Both the position numbers and the translations under genes were made by a program. A stretch of DNA of 64,000 nt from an uncultured Spirochaetota bacterium (GTDB lineage Bacteria; Spirochaetota; Brevinematia; Brevinematales; JAOACQ01): positions 1,440,001-1,504,000 of the forward strand of contig CAVYGN010000001.1 of the NCBI GenBank assembly GCA_963768055.1, written 5' to 3'. The notes under the pieces are model-generated. The model was not told the DNA's origin. It was given only the letters and a program-made list of their open reading frames with translations, and did not search any database. Shown here in pieces: positions 19,109 through 28,799 of the stretch. Positions within the stretch are counted from its first letter, which is position 1. Each line of letters begins with the position of its first letter.

Positions 19109-21952
19109 TTATTTTTTCTTAAGGGAATGGTTTTTAGAAGCGCCCTGGAGCGATAAAACTGCAGGTAAAAGAACAAGCGACGCGGTACAGCTTGTAAACA
19201 TTGTCATTGCCAGAAGAAAACCAAGGTTGCGCAGAGCGGTAATGCTTGAAAAGCTGAGAACTGCAAAGCCAAGGCCGACTGATAAGGCATTGAAGATTAT
19301 AGCCTTCCCTGCCGTAGCAAAGGTGATCTTCAGGGCTGTCAGCCTGTCGCCGGGATTTTTATCTGTCTCGATCGAATATCGCGCTATGAAATGAAGCGTA
19401 TAATCAATGCCGATTATCGATATGCTCCCGATGGACACGGTAACGATATCCAGAGGTATTTTGAAAATTGCCATAAGGGCGAAATTTATAATAAGAGTAA
19501 AAGGCATCGCAATCATTGAAAGCAGGCCCTGTTTAACGGAACGGAACACATAAATGTTAAACAAAAAAACGACAATTAGTGTCACCGCAAGGCTGAAAAC
19601 CTGGTCCCTTATTATTTCACGCCTGAGGAGTTCCCCGACATACGCGTATCCGGTCTGCCCGATTTCATGAACTTCAGCTTCGGATACTATATCTTTCCTG
19701 ACGGGATTGACTGACGGGATAGTTTCCCAGGCTAAAGGCGAAATCGCGTATTTTAAATTTTCATCCAAAATTGAAGACGCCTTTACAGGCGGAATTGTTT
19801 TTTTAATAAGTCCTGCCAGATAGTCGATCCTTGATTGCCTGAAGTTTTCACTGATGATCCTGGAAATGCTTTTTGAAAAATCACTGATATCGGCGGCATT
19901 GGTCACAGATTTCCGGGGAAGGGACCTTGAAAGGCTTTTTATTATTTCATCCCTGTTAAAATCTTTAAGGGCTGCCAGGCTATTAACCACTCTTGCCGCT
20001 TCCGCAGGGTCAAGAGATATTTCCGATTCATCCCCGGTAATATATCGCAGCAGGCTCTCCCTGTTTATCGATGGAGAAAATTTCCGGTTTGAAATACAGA
20101 GCATTAAGGCCATTTTATCAAGATCTTCATTGCTGTAATCCAACCCGTTATCATAAAACAGGTTTCCTAAAAATATTTTTTCGATTCCCGGAAGTTCAGG
20201 GTTGTCCGGCCTGTTAACGACAGTGGCGATTTTACTGCTGAAATTCGTCAGATATGTCCCGAGAAAAGATTCCAGGCCGTTAATAAGCGACGGGTCGGTT
20301 GTTTTCAGCATAAGAGTTATCAAAGACTCCTTTTTGTCCCGGGTCATCAGGCAATCAACTTCATTTCTGCCTTCTAAAAAAAATAACAGATTCTGCACTT
20401 CCTCTCTCGTATCCGGAATAGTCCTCAGCCCTGATAACGCCCCTTCAAGTGAAACCACCATATCGGCAATTCCGCCGGCTCCGGTATGAGTGTAAAACTT
20501 CATTCGTTCCTCTGTAATAAGGAGCATTTTCTCCACACCCGGGTCTATTATATCAGCCTTGATGTAAATATTGTATGGGAAATAGCCGCCGAATTTTTTT
20601 ATCGTAAAGTCAGCAACAACTCTCGGTTCGCTGGACTTGTCGAAATATCCGAGGTAATCCACCCTTGATTCTATTTTAGTTGAATAATATACCCCGACAG
20701 CGATTATTAAGCCGAAAATAAAGATTATCAGATAGTTGCTTTTTAATGCCAGTCCGGAAAACAAATCTGCAACAGGCCCTACTTTAACACATTCCTCCGG
20801 GGCTTTTTTCATCCTGAAGCTTTTTTTAATTTTTACTTTGTATAGATATGACGGTATGAATATCAGGGATATGAATGTCGCAAAAAATATGCCGATCCCT
20901 GTGAAAATTCCAAAATCACTAACTAATTGTATCTGCGCCGGTCCGAGGGATAAAAACCCGAAAAAGGCCGTAAGGCCCGATATAATAACAGGAAGACTTA
21001 TTTCAGTCATTACCTGCCTGATGATATCTTTTCTTTCAGTAAAAAGAACAGCCTTTTCATAATATCTGTTAAGTACATGTATACCGTAAGCGTTCCCGCA
21101 GGCCACAAGGACAACAGGAATAGTTACACTCATGACATTCAGTGCAATGTGAAATAAACCCATAAGTCCGGTTGTCATAAGAGTTGCGAAAACTACTGAA
21201 ACCAGGGGCAGGAATATGCCCCTGGCTGTCCTGAAAGAAAAAAATAAAACTGAGAAAACGGTTATCAATACAAGCGGGATAAGCAGAATAAAATCCCTGG
21301 AGACCAATACCGAAATAGAATTCAGGAATGATGGAAGGCCTCCGTAATATACCGTAAGATTTTTACCCCTGACAATTTTATCAATATTTTCCCTCACATT
21401 TGCCGCTACAATATCGCTTCTTTGACCGGTTCCCGGTTTTACTATTATCATAGCAGTGCTTGAATCCGCCGATACTATTTTACCCCTGTAATTTTCTTTT
21501 GCCATTACATATTTTTTGAGTTTTTTGTAATATTCCCTGTCCGGAGGAAGAGGGTATTTAAGAAGCCCTGATATTTTTATTCCATCAGAGGAAGAGGATA
21601 CATCATCGATATTGGCAATTGACAAAACCATATCGACGCCTGTCACTCTGGCTGCAGAGTCTGAAGTATTTTTTATAAACGAAAGATTATCATGAGTAAA
21701 TATGTCATCGAATTTAAGAAGGATGAGGATCGGCGTACTGCTGCCGAATTTACCGGCAATATAATGAGGGAGTCTGCCTATACTGCTTTTTTCAGAAACC
21801 CAATCCGTCAAATCATTATCAAAATAAAGATTTTTAATGAAAATAGAAAAAAACAGTGTGACAGCAATTGATATGAAAATAAGAAAGTAACTCTTGCCGG
21901 TATTTAATTTTGTTAAAATTTTTATTAAATTCTGGAACATAAGCAATTCCAT
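19109..21952 (-). CDS. MMPL/RND-superfamily exporter
   Basis: Two TM bundles with GNAYGIHVLNRY and GIDYTLHFIARY, and GKAIIFNALSVGLGFAVL. In an operon with the LolA-like and barrel genes. Confidence 0.9.
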   Translation of the reverse strand: MELLMFQNLIKILTKLNTGKSYFLIFISIAVTLFFSIFIKNLYFDNDLTDWVSEKSSIGRLPHYIAGKFGSSTPILILLKFDDIFTHDNLSFIKNTSDSAARVTGVDMVLSIANIDDVSSSSDGIKISGLLKYPLPPDREYYKKLKKYVMAKENYRGKIVSADSSTAMIIVKPGTGQRSDIVAANVRENIDKIVRGKNLTVYYGGLPSFLNSISVLVSRDFILLIPLVLITVFSVLFFSFRTARGIFLPLVSVVFATLMTTGLMGLFHIALNVMSVTIPVVLVACGNAYGIHVLNRYYEKAVLFTERKDIIRQVMTEISLPVIISGLTAFFGFLSLGPAQIQLVSDFGIFTGIGIFFATFISLIFIPSYLYKVKIKKSFRMKKAPEECVKVGPVADLFSGLALKSNYLIIFIFGLIIAVGVYYSTKIESRVDYLGYFDKSSEPRVVADFTIKKFGGYFPYNIYIKADIIDPGVEKMLLITEERMKFYTHTGAGGIADMVVSLEGALSGLRTIPDTREEVQNLLFFLEGRNEVDCLMTRDKKESLITLMLKTTDPSLINGLESFLGTYLTNFSSKIATVVNRPDNPELPGIEKIFLGNLFYDNGLDYSNEDLDKMALMLCISNRKFSPSINRESLLRYITGDESEISLDPAEAARVVNSLAALKDFNRDEIIKSLSRSLPRKSVTNAADISDFSKSISRIISENFRQSRIDYLAGLIKKTIPPVKASSILDENLKYAISPLAWETIPSVNPVRKDIVSEAEVHEIGQTGYAYVGELLRREIIRDQVFSLAVTLIVVFLFNIYVFRSVKQGLLSMIAMPFTLIINFALMAIFKIPLDIVTVSIGSISIIGIDYTLHFIARYSIETDKNPGDRLTALKITFATAGKAIIFNALSVGLGFAVLSFSSITALRNLGFLLAMTMFTSCTASLVLLPAVLSLQGASKNHSLKKK

Positions 21953-21961
21953 AAAAAAATA

Positions 21962-22032
21962 ATAATATTAACTAAACATTCATTTTAACTAACCGTTTAG
22001 TTAATATTATCACTAAATATTTCAAATGTCAA
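21962..22032 (-). promoter_or_regulatory. MMPL operon promoter with overlapping inverted-repeat operator
   Basis: Minus-strand TTGACA (22032-22027)-N17-TAATAT. Perfect 16-bp IR ATAATATTAACTAAAC (21962-21977) / GTTTAGTTAATATTAT (21995-22010). Confidence 0.6.
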
Positions 22033-22135
22033 GAGGTAATAAAAAATAATTTTTATATTGGCGAAAATACTATATAAAAGTGTTGACAAAATTGTAAAAT
22101 AAGACAAAATATATTGAAGGTATTTGGGGGATATT

Positions 22136-22621
22136 ATGAAAATCGGTGAAATAATGTTAAAAATGGATTTAATTACGGAATCTCAGATGGAAGAGGCTAT
22201 AAAAGAACAGGAAGAAAACCGGGCTAAATCTAATTACCAGGAAACGATCGGCAATATTCTGCTTCGAAAGGGAATAATCCAGGAAAACCAGCTGGATAAA
22301 GCACTTGTGGCTTATTTCAAGTATCTCATAAATGATAACGAACAGCCTTCATTTGTTCGGGAGATAGCAAAGGTCGCCATGAGATCCCTGGAAAGAAAAT
22401 CGAACGACAGCAGGCTGTCGGAAGAAGCGAAGCTGACCATCCTGAAAAAAATCCATGAACATGAAGAGAAAATAGCCTACCTTGAAAAATCCATAAGAAA
22501 TTTAAGCGGTCTGGAACAGAAAAAAATAGTTACAGAAACGATGGAAAGGGAAGATAAGGAAATCAAGCAAATGATAGAAAAGGTTGAAATATTGAAAAAG
22601 GACCTGGAATGTTTTTCATGA
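22136..22621 (+). CDS. MshEN-like (GSPII_E N-terminal) domain protein with coiled-coil C-terminus
   Basis: Tandem motifs KIGEIMLKMDLITESQMEEAIKEQ and TIGNILLRKGIIQENQLDKAL. Confidence 0.65.
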   Translation: MKIGEIMLKMDLITESQMEEAIKEQEENRAKSNYQETIGNILLRKGIIQENQLDKALVAYFKYLINDNEQPSFVREIAKVAMRSLERKSNDSRLSEEAKLTILKKIHEHEEKIAYLEKSIRNLSGLEQKKIVTETMEREDKEIKQMIEKVEILKKDLECFS

Positions 22622-23196
22622 GGATGCCGGATAAAATTTTTATTGCATCGATCCTTTTTATTCTGGTATATGAATCGGTTTTTTCACTTAAAAAAGATTT
22701 TTCCTTTCTCGGCCTTAAGCTCGGAATGACTGAGTCAGAGGTTACCAATGTTCTTTACCAGGGCTCTCTTCTGAAAATCGACGAATCGCGTTTTTTCGGT
22801 AAAATAAATGAGGCTGTCCCTTTTATAATAAAGGCTGATTATTACCCTTTCATAGACGGTGTTTACATTCAGTTTTATAACAATGCCGCTTACGGAATAA
22901 CTATTCAATTCGATCCCGGTTATTTTGATTTTCCTTCTCTTTCGGATAAACTGCAGGATAAGTACGGCCTGCCTGTCCTGAAAACCTCAAAACTTGCGGT
23001 CTGGGAGGACAGCGCCTCAAACTCCGCCGGATCGGGAACAGGGATAAAACTAAGGCTTGAATACCCTTCGACTGTCAAAGTTTTCGACTATGATATAATG
23101 CAGAAGGTTAACACGGAACTCTCCCAGAGCACTATAAAGATCACCAATGAATCGATTATACAATCCAACCGCCGGGCCCTGCTGGACGATCTGTAA
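22618..23196 (+). CDS. hypothetical exported protein
   Basis: Signal-like N-terminus and FLGLKLGMTESEV motif; ATGA overlap with the upstream gene. Confidence 0.7.
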   Translation: MRMPDKIFIASILFILVYESVFSLKKDFSFLGLKLGMTESEVTNVLYQGSLLKIDESRFFGKINEAVPFIIKADYYPFIDGVYIQFYNNAAYGITIQFDPGYFDFPSLSDKLQDKYGLPVLKTSKLAVWEDSASNSAGSGTGIKLRLEYPSTVKVFDYDIMQKVNTELSQSTIKITNESIIQSNRRALLDDL

Positions 23197-23204
23197 TCGT
23201 ATCC

Positions 23205-23852
23205 TTACTTGAATATATCCCCTGTATCCCTGTACATAAGCACGAAATCAAGGTAATCCATCGGAATGCCTATTTCCCTGGAAAATTCATTCATTTTACT
23301 TTCAATTTCAAGGTAATTTTTCCTGGTCAGGTTTTTCTCCATTTTTTCCAGTACGCCGAAGGAGCAGAGGTTTCGTATGATATGCCTGTCAAGTATAGCG
23401 GCATCGGTAAAATAACCCGTGTTCCTGACAAAATGGCTGGCTTCTTTATATCCAAGTCCCATAATATTTTCAGACAGCCAGTCCCTTAACTCGATGCTGC
23501 CTGAAAAAGAAACAAGCTTGGTTTTAATTAAGGGTTTTCCCTTGCCGTAGAACATTTCTCTCGCATTACAGATATATTGGGCCTTATGGTTTTTAAACCT
23601 GACGATATTCAGCCTCTCGGACAACTGCAGGGCGTCTCCCTTATAAAGGAGCCGTTCTTTTTTTAAGATAGCCAGCGCCTTTTCCGCCTGTCTTGCCTTA
23701 GACTGAGGGGTTAAAATACAGAAAACAAGCTCTTCGAATATTTCGTCGTCGCTCCCGCCGGTTTTCAAGCGCGAAAACTCATGGAGCCTTTCCCCCACCC
23801 TCTCTTTTATTTCAAGGTAAATCGAACGTAATTCCTGCCGGCCGTTTTTCAT
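23205..23852 (-). CDS. ogg: 8-oxoguanine DNA glycosylase/AP lyase (OGG2, archaeal/Thermotoga type)
   Basis: ELVFCILTPQS, RFKNHKA, GLGYKEASHFVRN, AILDRHI and C-terminal Lys. Confidence 0.9.
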   Translation of the reverse strand: MKNGRQELRSIYLEIKERVGERLHEFSRLKTGGSDDEIFEELVFCILTPQSKARQAEKALAILKKERLLYKGDALQLSERLNIVRFKNHKAQYICNAREMFYGKGKPLIKTKLVSFSGSIELRDWLSENIMGLGYKEASHFVRNTGYFTDAAILDRHIIRNLCSFGVLEKMEKNLTRKNYLEIESKMNEFSREIGIPMDYLDFVLMYRDTGDIFK

Positions 23853-23853
23853 T

Positions 23854-24537
23854 CTATTTACCGAAACAGATCGATAAAATGACTATAATGACAAGCCCCG
23901 GCAGAAGGTTTGTGGTTTTAATTTTTTTAATGTTCAAAAGATTGAAGCCGATACCCAGGATCAATAACCCGCCCATTGCGACTATTTGATTTATTATATA
24001 AGGATGAAATAGACCCCCTGTCAGCTTCGCAAGGTAGGTAAGAATACCCTGGTATAAAAGAAGCGCGAATGCCGAAAAAAAGACCCCGCCCCCGAAAGCC
24101 GCTCCAAGCGCTATCGCCGCAAATCCGTCAAGCATAGATTTTGCAAATAAAAGCGTATGATCGCCATAGAGACCCTCCTGAAGGGACCCCAAAATCGTCA
24201 TTGAACCGATGCAGAATATCAGGAATGAACCGATAAGGCCTTCTGTAAACCTGTTATTAGAGGATTTCAACCGTTTTTTCAAGCGATCGCCGAGGCTGTC
24301 AAGCCACTCCTGGAAGTGCATCAATTCTCCGAAGATCCCGCCGATAATCAGACTGAATATAAGGATCAGTATATTTTCGAACTTCAGGATCATTGAAATG
24401 CCTATAGCAAGGGTGCAAAGCCCGAGGGCCTGGAAAATTATTTCTGTAATGGCGGCAGGAATTTTTTTCCTGAAAAATATTCCGACAAGACTGCCGGCCA
24501 TCACAGCCGCGGCATTGACGATAGTTCCAAGGAACAT
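23854..24537 (-). CDS. DUF554 (YdfK/YqgA) membrane protein
   Basis: MFLGTIVNA, FCIGSMTILGSLQEG, AKSMLDG and NLLP. Confidence 0.88.
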   Translation of the reverse strand: MFLGTIVNAAAVMAGSLVGIFFRKKIPAAITEIIFQALGLCTLAIGISMILKFENILILIFSLIIGGIFGELMHFQEWLDSLGDRLKKRLKSSNNRFTEGLIGSFLIFCIGSMTILGSLQEGLYGDHTLLFAKSMLDGFAAIALGAAFGGGVFFSAFALLLYQGILTYLAKLTGGLFHPYIINQIVAMGGLLILGIGFNLLNIKKIKTTNLLPGLVIIVILSICFGK

Positions 24538-24604
24538 TCAGCCTCCCTGCTTTCTTTACAACATTCATAATATTATATAAAATGACAGTCATTTTGAAAA
24601 GTTT

Positions 24605-24781
24605 TAGGGCGGTTTCGAAAATTAACATTATTATTAATAAAAGATTTTCTAATCATAATGAAACTGCCCTATGGGCACTACCTTGCCGCCTTGCCTGTAC
24701 CGGCTTGTCCGGTGCTCGTATCGGCTTGCCCGATGAAAAGGCGTTTATCCCGGCTTGTCCGGGGGTTTTTAGAAGTGCCCT
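24605..24781. repeat. tandem MITE/REP-like elements
   Basis: IR TAGGGCGGTTTC (24605) / GAAACTGCCCTA (24660), then GGGCACT (24673) ... AGTGCCC (24774) enclosing three CTTGY-loop hairpins. Confidence 0.6.
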
Positions 24782-24791
24782 TTAGGGATTT

Positions 24792-25487
24792 ATGAAATAT
24801 CTTCTCAATATATTCGACCTTGACGGAACTCTTATTGACAGAGAAACTCTCGACGCCCTTAAAAATAAAATCCTGCTGTCGATCGTTACCGACAAGGGAC
24901 GCCGCAGCGCAGCTATGTCTTTGAAATCGGCAGGCATCGTAGATTATTTCAGCCATATCGTAACTGCGGATGATGTTCTTTCGTTGAAGCCGTCTTGCGA
25001 GCCTTATGAAAAGGTTATCGATTTATATAAACACGAGGGCATAAACCTCGATAAAAATGATTGTTTAATGATAGGGGACAATCCGGTAGACTGTGAATTC
25101 GCCTTCAATTGCGGAATAGATTACGCATTCCCCGCCTGGGGATCTCTCGATCCCGCCGCTCTGCCGCATAAACCCGTATATATTTTGAAAAAACCCTCCG
25201 ATCTTATCGATATCGACGGCCTTAATGAAATAATAGAAGTGGAATTGACCGAAGAGCTGGACCTTCATGCCTTTTCTCCGAAGGATTTGTCCCGCCTTGT
25301 GAATTCCTACCTTAAAGGAGCAAGGGAAAAGGGCTTCCGTTCTGTAAGGATCATACATGGCAAAGGGATCGGAGTGCAGAGGGAAATCGTGAGAAAAATA
25401 TTGTCGAAAAGCGGGGATATAAAAAATTTCTATGACGCCCCGGCCGATTACGGCGGCAGGGGGGCGACGATAGCTGAATTTAAATAG
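24792..25487 (+). CDS. HAD-superfamily hydrolase (cap-less) fused to Smr/MutS2 C-terminal domain
   Basis: FDLDGTLID, IVTD, KP and MIGDNPVD, followed by ELDLHAF..VRIIHGKGIG..GGRGATIAEF. Confidence 0.8.
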   Translation: MKYLLNIFDLDGTLIDRETLDALKNKILLSIVTDKGRRSAAMSLKSAGIVDYFSHIVTADDVLSLKPSCEPYEKVIDLYKHEGINLDKNDCLMIGDNPVDCEFAFNCGIDYAFPAWGSLDPAALPHKPVYILKKPSDLIDIDGLNEIIEVELTEELDLHAFSPKDLSRLVNSYLKGAREKGFRSVRIIHGKGIGVQREIVRKILSKSGDIKNFYDAPADYGGRGATIAEFK

Positions 25488-25689
25488 GGCCGTTCAAACA
25501 ACATCCGGCTTTTATGGAGTCAATTTTTATCTCGCCGGATTCGAAAACTTGAACTGCATCGCTTCAAAACTGTTGCAAGCGCTGATGGAATTCTTTTTTT
25601 AATAAAGAAATTTTTTTATCAAATGAGATGATTACAATACATCGAGCAGCCTCGGATAAGTGCTTACTCCGGTTTTTCAGCGGCAGTTC

Positions 25690-25772
25690 TGAGAGGGACG
25701 AGAAATCTTCCTATGTGTTCGAAATGAAAGCAACTTGTCATTTCGAGTCGCGCAGCGACGAGAAATCCTCCC
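25690..25772. repeat. degenerate GTCATTTCGA-type palindromic repeat (two partial copies)
   Basis: GACGAGAAATC occurs twice; TCGAAATGA..TCATTTCGA inverted repeat; same family as 53222-53341. Confidence 0.55.
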
Positions 25773-25825
25773 ATAAGCTCGAAAAGACAATGGTTCGAAC
25801 CGGAAAATTTTTAAGCAAAATAGAT

Positions 25826-25854
25826 TTGACATCGGTTATTTCATACTATATACT
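25826..25854 (+). promoter_or_regulatory. sigma70-type promoter
   Basis: TTGACA-N17-TATACT. Confidence 0.55.
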
Positions 25855-25976
25855 ATTTTATCGGTAATTTAATTAAATTATTATATCTTATTTAACAAAT
25901 CAGGGACTTATTTAAAAATTACAATCGATCGCATCGAACACATTAATATATATTATCTAGAGAGGGAGATTGAATT

Positions 25977-27322
25977 ATGCCTGTCAGGAATATCTTTTGC
26001 CTTGCCTCGGCCTTTATAGTACTATTGCTTTCATATTTCTCCTGTTCGAATTCCGCGAAGGGCAATGAAGAAAATGTCTATCTGGAAGTCGCGAGGGACA
26101 CTAACTCTATAATAGTTAAGGAACACAAGATGCTTATACTGCCCTTCGACTATGTGAGCGACACGAACGGGAAAATCAAGTATGTAAACACTAAAGTAGT
26201 CAGTACCATGATGTTCAATTCTTTTTATTCGCTGTTTTCACTCGTGCCTTCGATAGATCTGCCTGAAAAGCAGGAACTCGATACAATAATAATGCAGAAC
26301 CCTGGAGAAACCGCCGCCGCAAATAAGGCCGATTTTATCGTTTACGGAAACTATTTCTTTTCCGGGAAAAGGTCCGACCCGGAGGCGAATATTAATCTTA
26401 TCATATGGAGCAGGATAACAAAAAGCGAAATAACGAACGTTTTCAAGGTGCCGACTGACGAGGACATTTTCGAGGGTATCGACGGCATGACAGGCTATAT
26501 CGTCAAGTCGATCCTTAAAGAGGACAAAAAACTCGCCTTTTTAAAATTCGGCAATTTCAGCATCTCCCCCGAGGAATACGAGCTTTATGTCAACGACAGG
26601 CTTGTGGCGAACCCTTCCAACAGGGATTTCTCGCTGGAACTGAAAATACTGTCGAAAACTAAATACCATGTTCCATGAAACGAGTAAGCGACGGGGCCGA
26701 GGTTATCGATACGGGTGTCCAGCTTGACGCCGGGGAATCGTCGAACATCAGCTTTGAGACCAACAAAAAGCTTATTACCGATTACGCGTTCGTCGGCCGC
26801 AATTACGATTCCTGGCGAAATGTTGAAATTTATTATGATAACGACCCCTTTGCAACTAGTATAACTACCAATTTCTCTTTCGGTCCGCATAAGCTAACCG
26901 CTATCCCGGAATTTCCCGATAAGTCATTTGATAGTTGTTTTATCCTTTCCGTATCGTTACGAGGGGGCGGTTTAGCGGGAATAAACTTTGTGAGGAACCA
27001 GGGGAACTGGAAGGGCTATGACGCTCTAAGCATCTGGGCGGCCGGGAACCTGTCGAGGAAGGGGTTCAACATCATTATCACGGACGCGTATAATCAGAGG
27101 TGGATATATGTCGTTGACGACGACTGGAAGGGATGGAAGAGGATAACCATACCCTTCAACAAGCTCCGCAGGAGGAGGGACAACCAGCCCCCCAACGCCG
27201 TGCTTAACGGCATCCTCAATTTCCCGATAAAGACGCTTGAATTCTTCAATGTCGACACTCTCAGGGGCGGACGCCTGGGAACATACGAAATGTATTACGG
27301 CCCGATCGAGGTTTACAGGTAA
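25977..27322 (+). pseudogene. probable frameshifted lipoprotein with C-terminal carbohydrate-binding (CBM11/CIA30-like) domain; ORFs 25977-26678 and 26675-27322
   Basis: Lipobox-like FSC. Adding one T at CATGTT^CCATGAAA (about 26672) gives the continuous reading KYHVSMKRVSDG. The second part has NWKGYDALSIW..DDDWKGWKRITIPF. Confidence 0.55.
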
Positions 27323-27338
27323 CTTCGAGCGAAATAAT

Positions 27339-27367
27339 TTGACGGCAAAATGATAATACCCTATAAT
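27339..27367 (+). promoter_or_regulatory. sigma70-type promoter of ahcY
   Basis: TTGACG-N17-TATAAT. Confidence 0.7.
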
Positions 27368-27395
27368 ATTTGTCATTCCACAATGGGGGATTGAC

Positions 27396-28796
27396 ATGGA
27401 TTATAAGGTTAAAGATTTATCGCTGGCGGATTTCGGGCGCAGGGAAATCGATATAGCCGAGCATGAAATGCCCGGCCTTATGGCGGTCAGGGAAAAATAC
27501 GGCCTGGAAAAACCTCTTAAAGGAGTGAGGATCAGCGGGTCCCTCCACATGACGATCCAGACAGCCGTCCTTATCGAGACCCTTGTAACTCTCGGCGCCG
27601 ATGTCAGGTGGGCAAGCTGCAATATTTTCTCCACACAGGACGAAGCCGCTGCGGCGATCGCAAAAGCCGGGATAAGCGTCTTTGCATGGAAGGGCGAGAC
27701 TCTTGAAGAATACTGGTGGTGTACGAAACAGGCGCTCTCTTTTCCAGGAGGCAAGGGCCCTCAGCTTGTAGTCGATGACGGGGGCGACGCTACCCTTCTT
27801 ATTCATAAGGGTTTCATGGCGGAAAAAAACCCGTCTCTTCTTACAAAAAAACCTTCAAATAACGAAGAATCTATAATATTGGAGCTTCTCGGTCAAATTC
27901 AGAAGGAAGACAGCTCTTTCTGGCAGAACATCGTCAATGATTGGAGGGGGGTTTCCGAGGAAACCACGACGGGTGTTCACAGATTATACCAGATGATGGA
28001 AAGGGGCGAGCTTCTCGTTCCCGCGATAAATGTCAACGATTCGGTTACCAAATCTAAATTCGACAACCTCTACGGGTGCAGGGAATCGCTGGCGGATGGA
28101 ATAAAAAGGGCCACCGATGTTATGATTGCCGGTAAAACAGCTCTGATTTGCGGATACGGGGACGTAGGCAAGGGTTCTTCAAAATCGCTCAGGGGGTTCG
28201 GGGCTCGCGTAATAGTCACAGAAATCGATCCAATCTGCGCTCTTCAGGCGGCGATGGAGGGTTACGAAGTCAAGACCGTTGAAGATGTTCTTAACCTCGC
28301 GGATATTTACGTGACCGCCACAGGGAACAGGGATATTATCACAATAGACCATATGGCTAAAATGAAAGACCAGGCCATTGTCTGCAATATAGGCCATTTT
28401 GACGACGAAATACAGGTCGCCGAACTTAACGCTTATCCCGGTATAAAAAAGATAAACATCAAGCCCCAGGTCGATAAATATATATTCCCTGACGGCCATT
28501 CGATATATCTATTAGCCGAGGGAAGACTTGTAAACCTCGGCTGTGCGAAAGGACACCCCTCGTTCGTTATGTCGAATTCATTTACAAACCAGACCCTGGC
28601 GCAGATCGACTTGTGGAAGAACAGGGACAATTACAAACCCGGAGTGCGCCGCCTTTCAAAACAGCTTGACGAGGAAGTCGCCCGGCTTCATTTAAAAAAG
28701 ATCGGCGTTAAGCTCACAAAACTCTCAAAAACACAGTCTGATTATATCGGAGTGCCCGAAGAAGGACCATATAAACCCGATCATTACCGGTATTAA
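27396..28796 (+). CDS. ahcY: adenosylhomocysteinase
   Basis: [48 protein letters not shown] and PYKPDHYRY. Confidence 0.98.
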   Translation: MDYKVKDLSLADFGRREIDIAEHEMPGLMAVREKYGLEKPLKGVRISGSLHMTIQTAVLIETLVTLGADVRWASCNIFSTQDEAAAAIAKAGISVFAWKGETLEEYWWCTKQALSFPGGKGPQLVVDDGGDATLLIHKGFMAEKNPSLLTKKPSNNEESIILELLGQIQKEDSSFWQNIVNDWRGVSEETTTGVHRLYQMMERGELLVPAINVNDSVTKSKFDNLYGCRESLADGIKRATDVMIAGKTALICGYGDVGKGSSKSLRGFGARVIVTEIDPICALQAAMEGYEVKTVEDVLNLADIYVTATGNRDIITIDHMAKMKDQAIVCNIGHFDDEIQVAELNAYPGIKKINIKPQVDKYIFPDGHSIYLLAEGRLVNLGCAKGHPSFVMSNSFTNQTLAQIDLWKNRDNYKPGVRRLSKQLDEEVARLHLKKIGVKLTKLSKTQSDYIGVPEEGPYKPDHYRY

Positions 28797-28799
28797 GGA

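Noticed and set aside
25628..25867. 79-aa ORF containing CHFESRSDEKS
   Set aside because: It is the translation of a palindromic repeat element and a promoter region, not a gene.
27323..27395. SAH or SAM riboswitch upstream of ahcY
   Set aside because: The consensus promoter leaves only about 20 nt of leader, and no aptamer motif is present.
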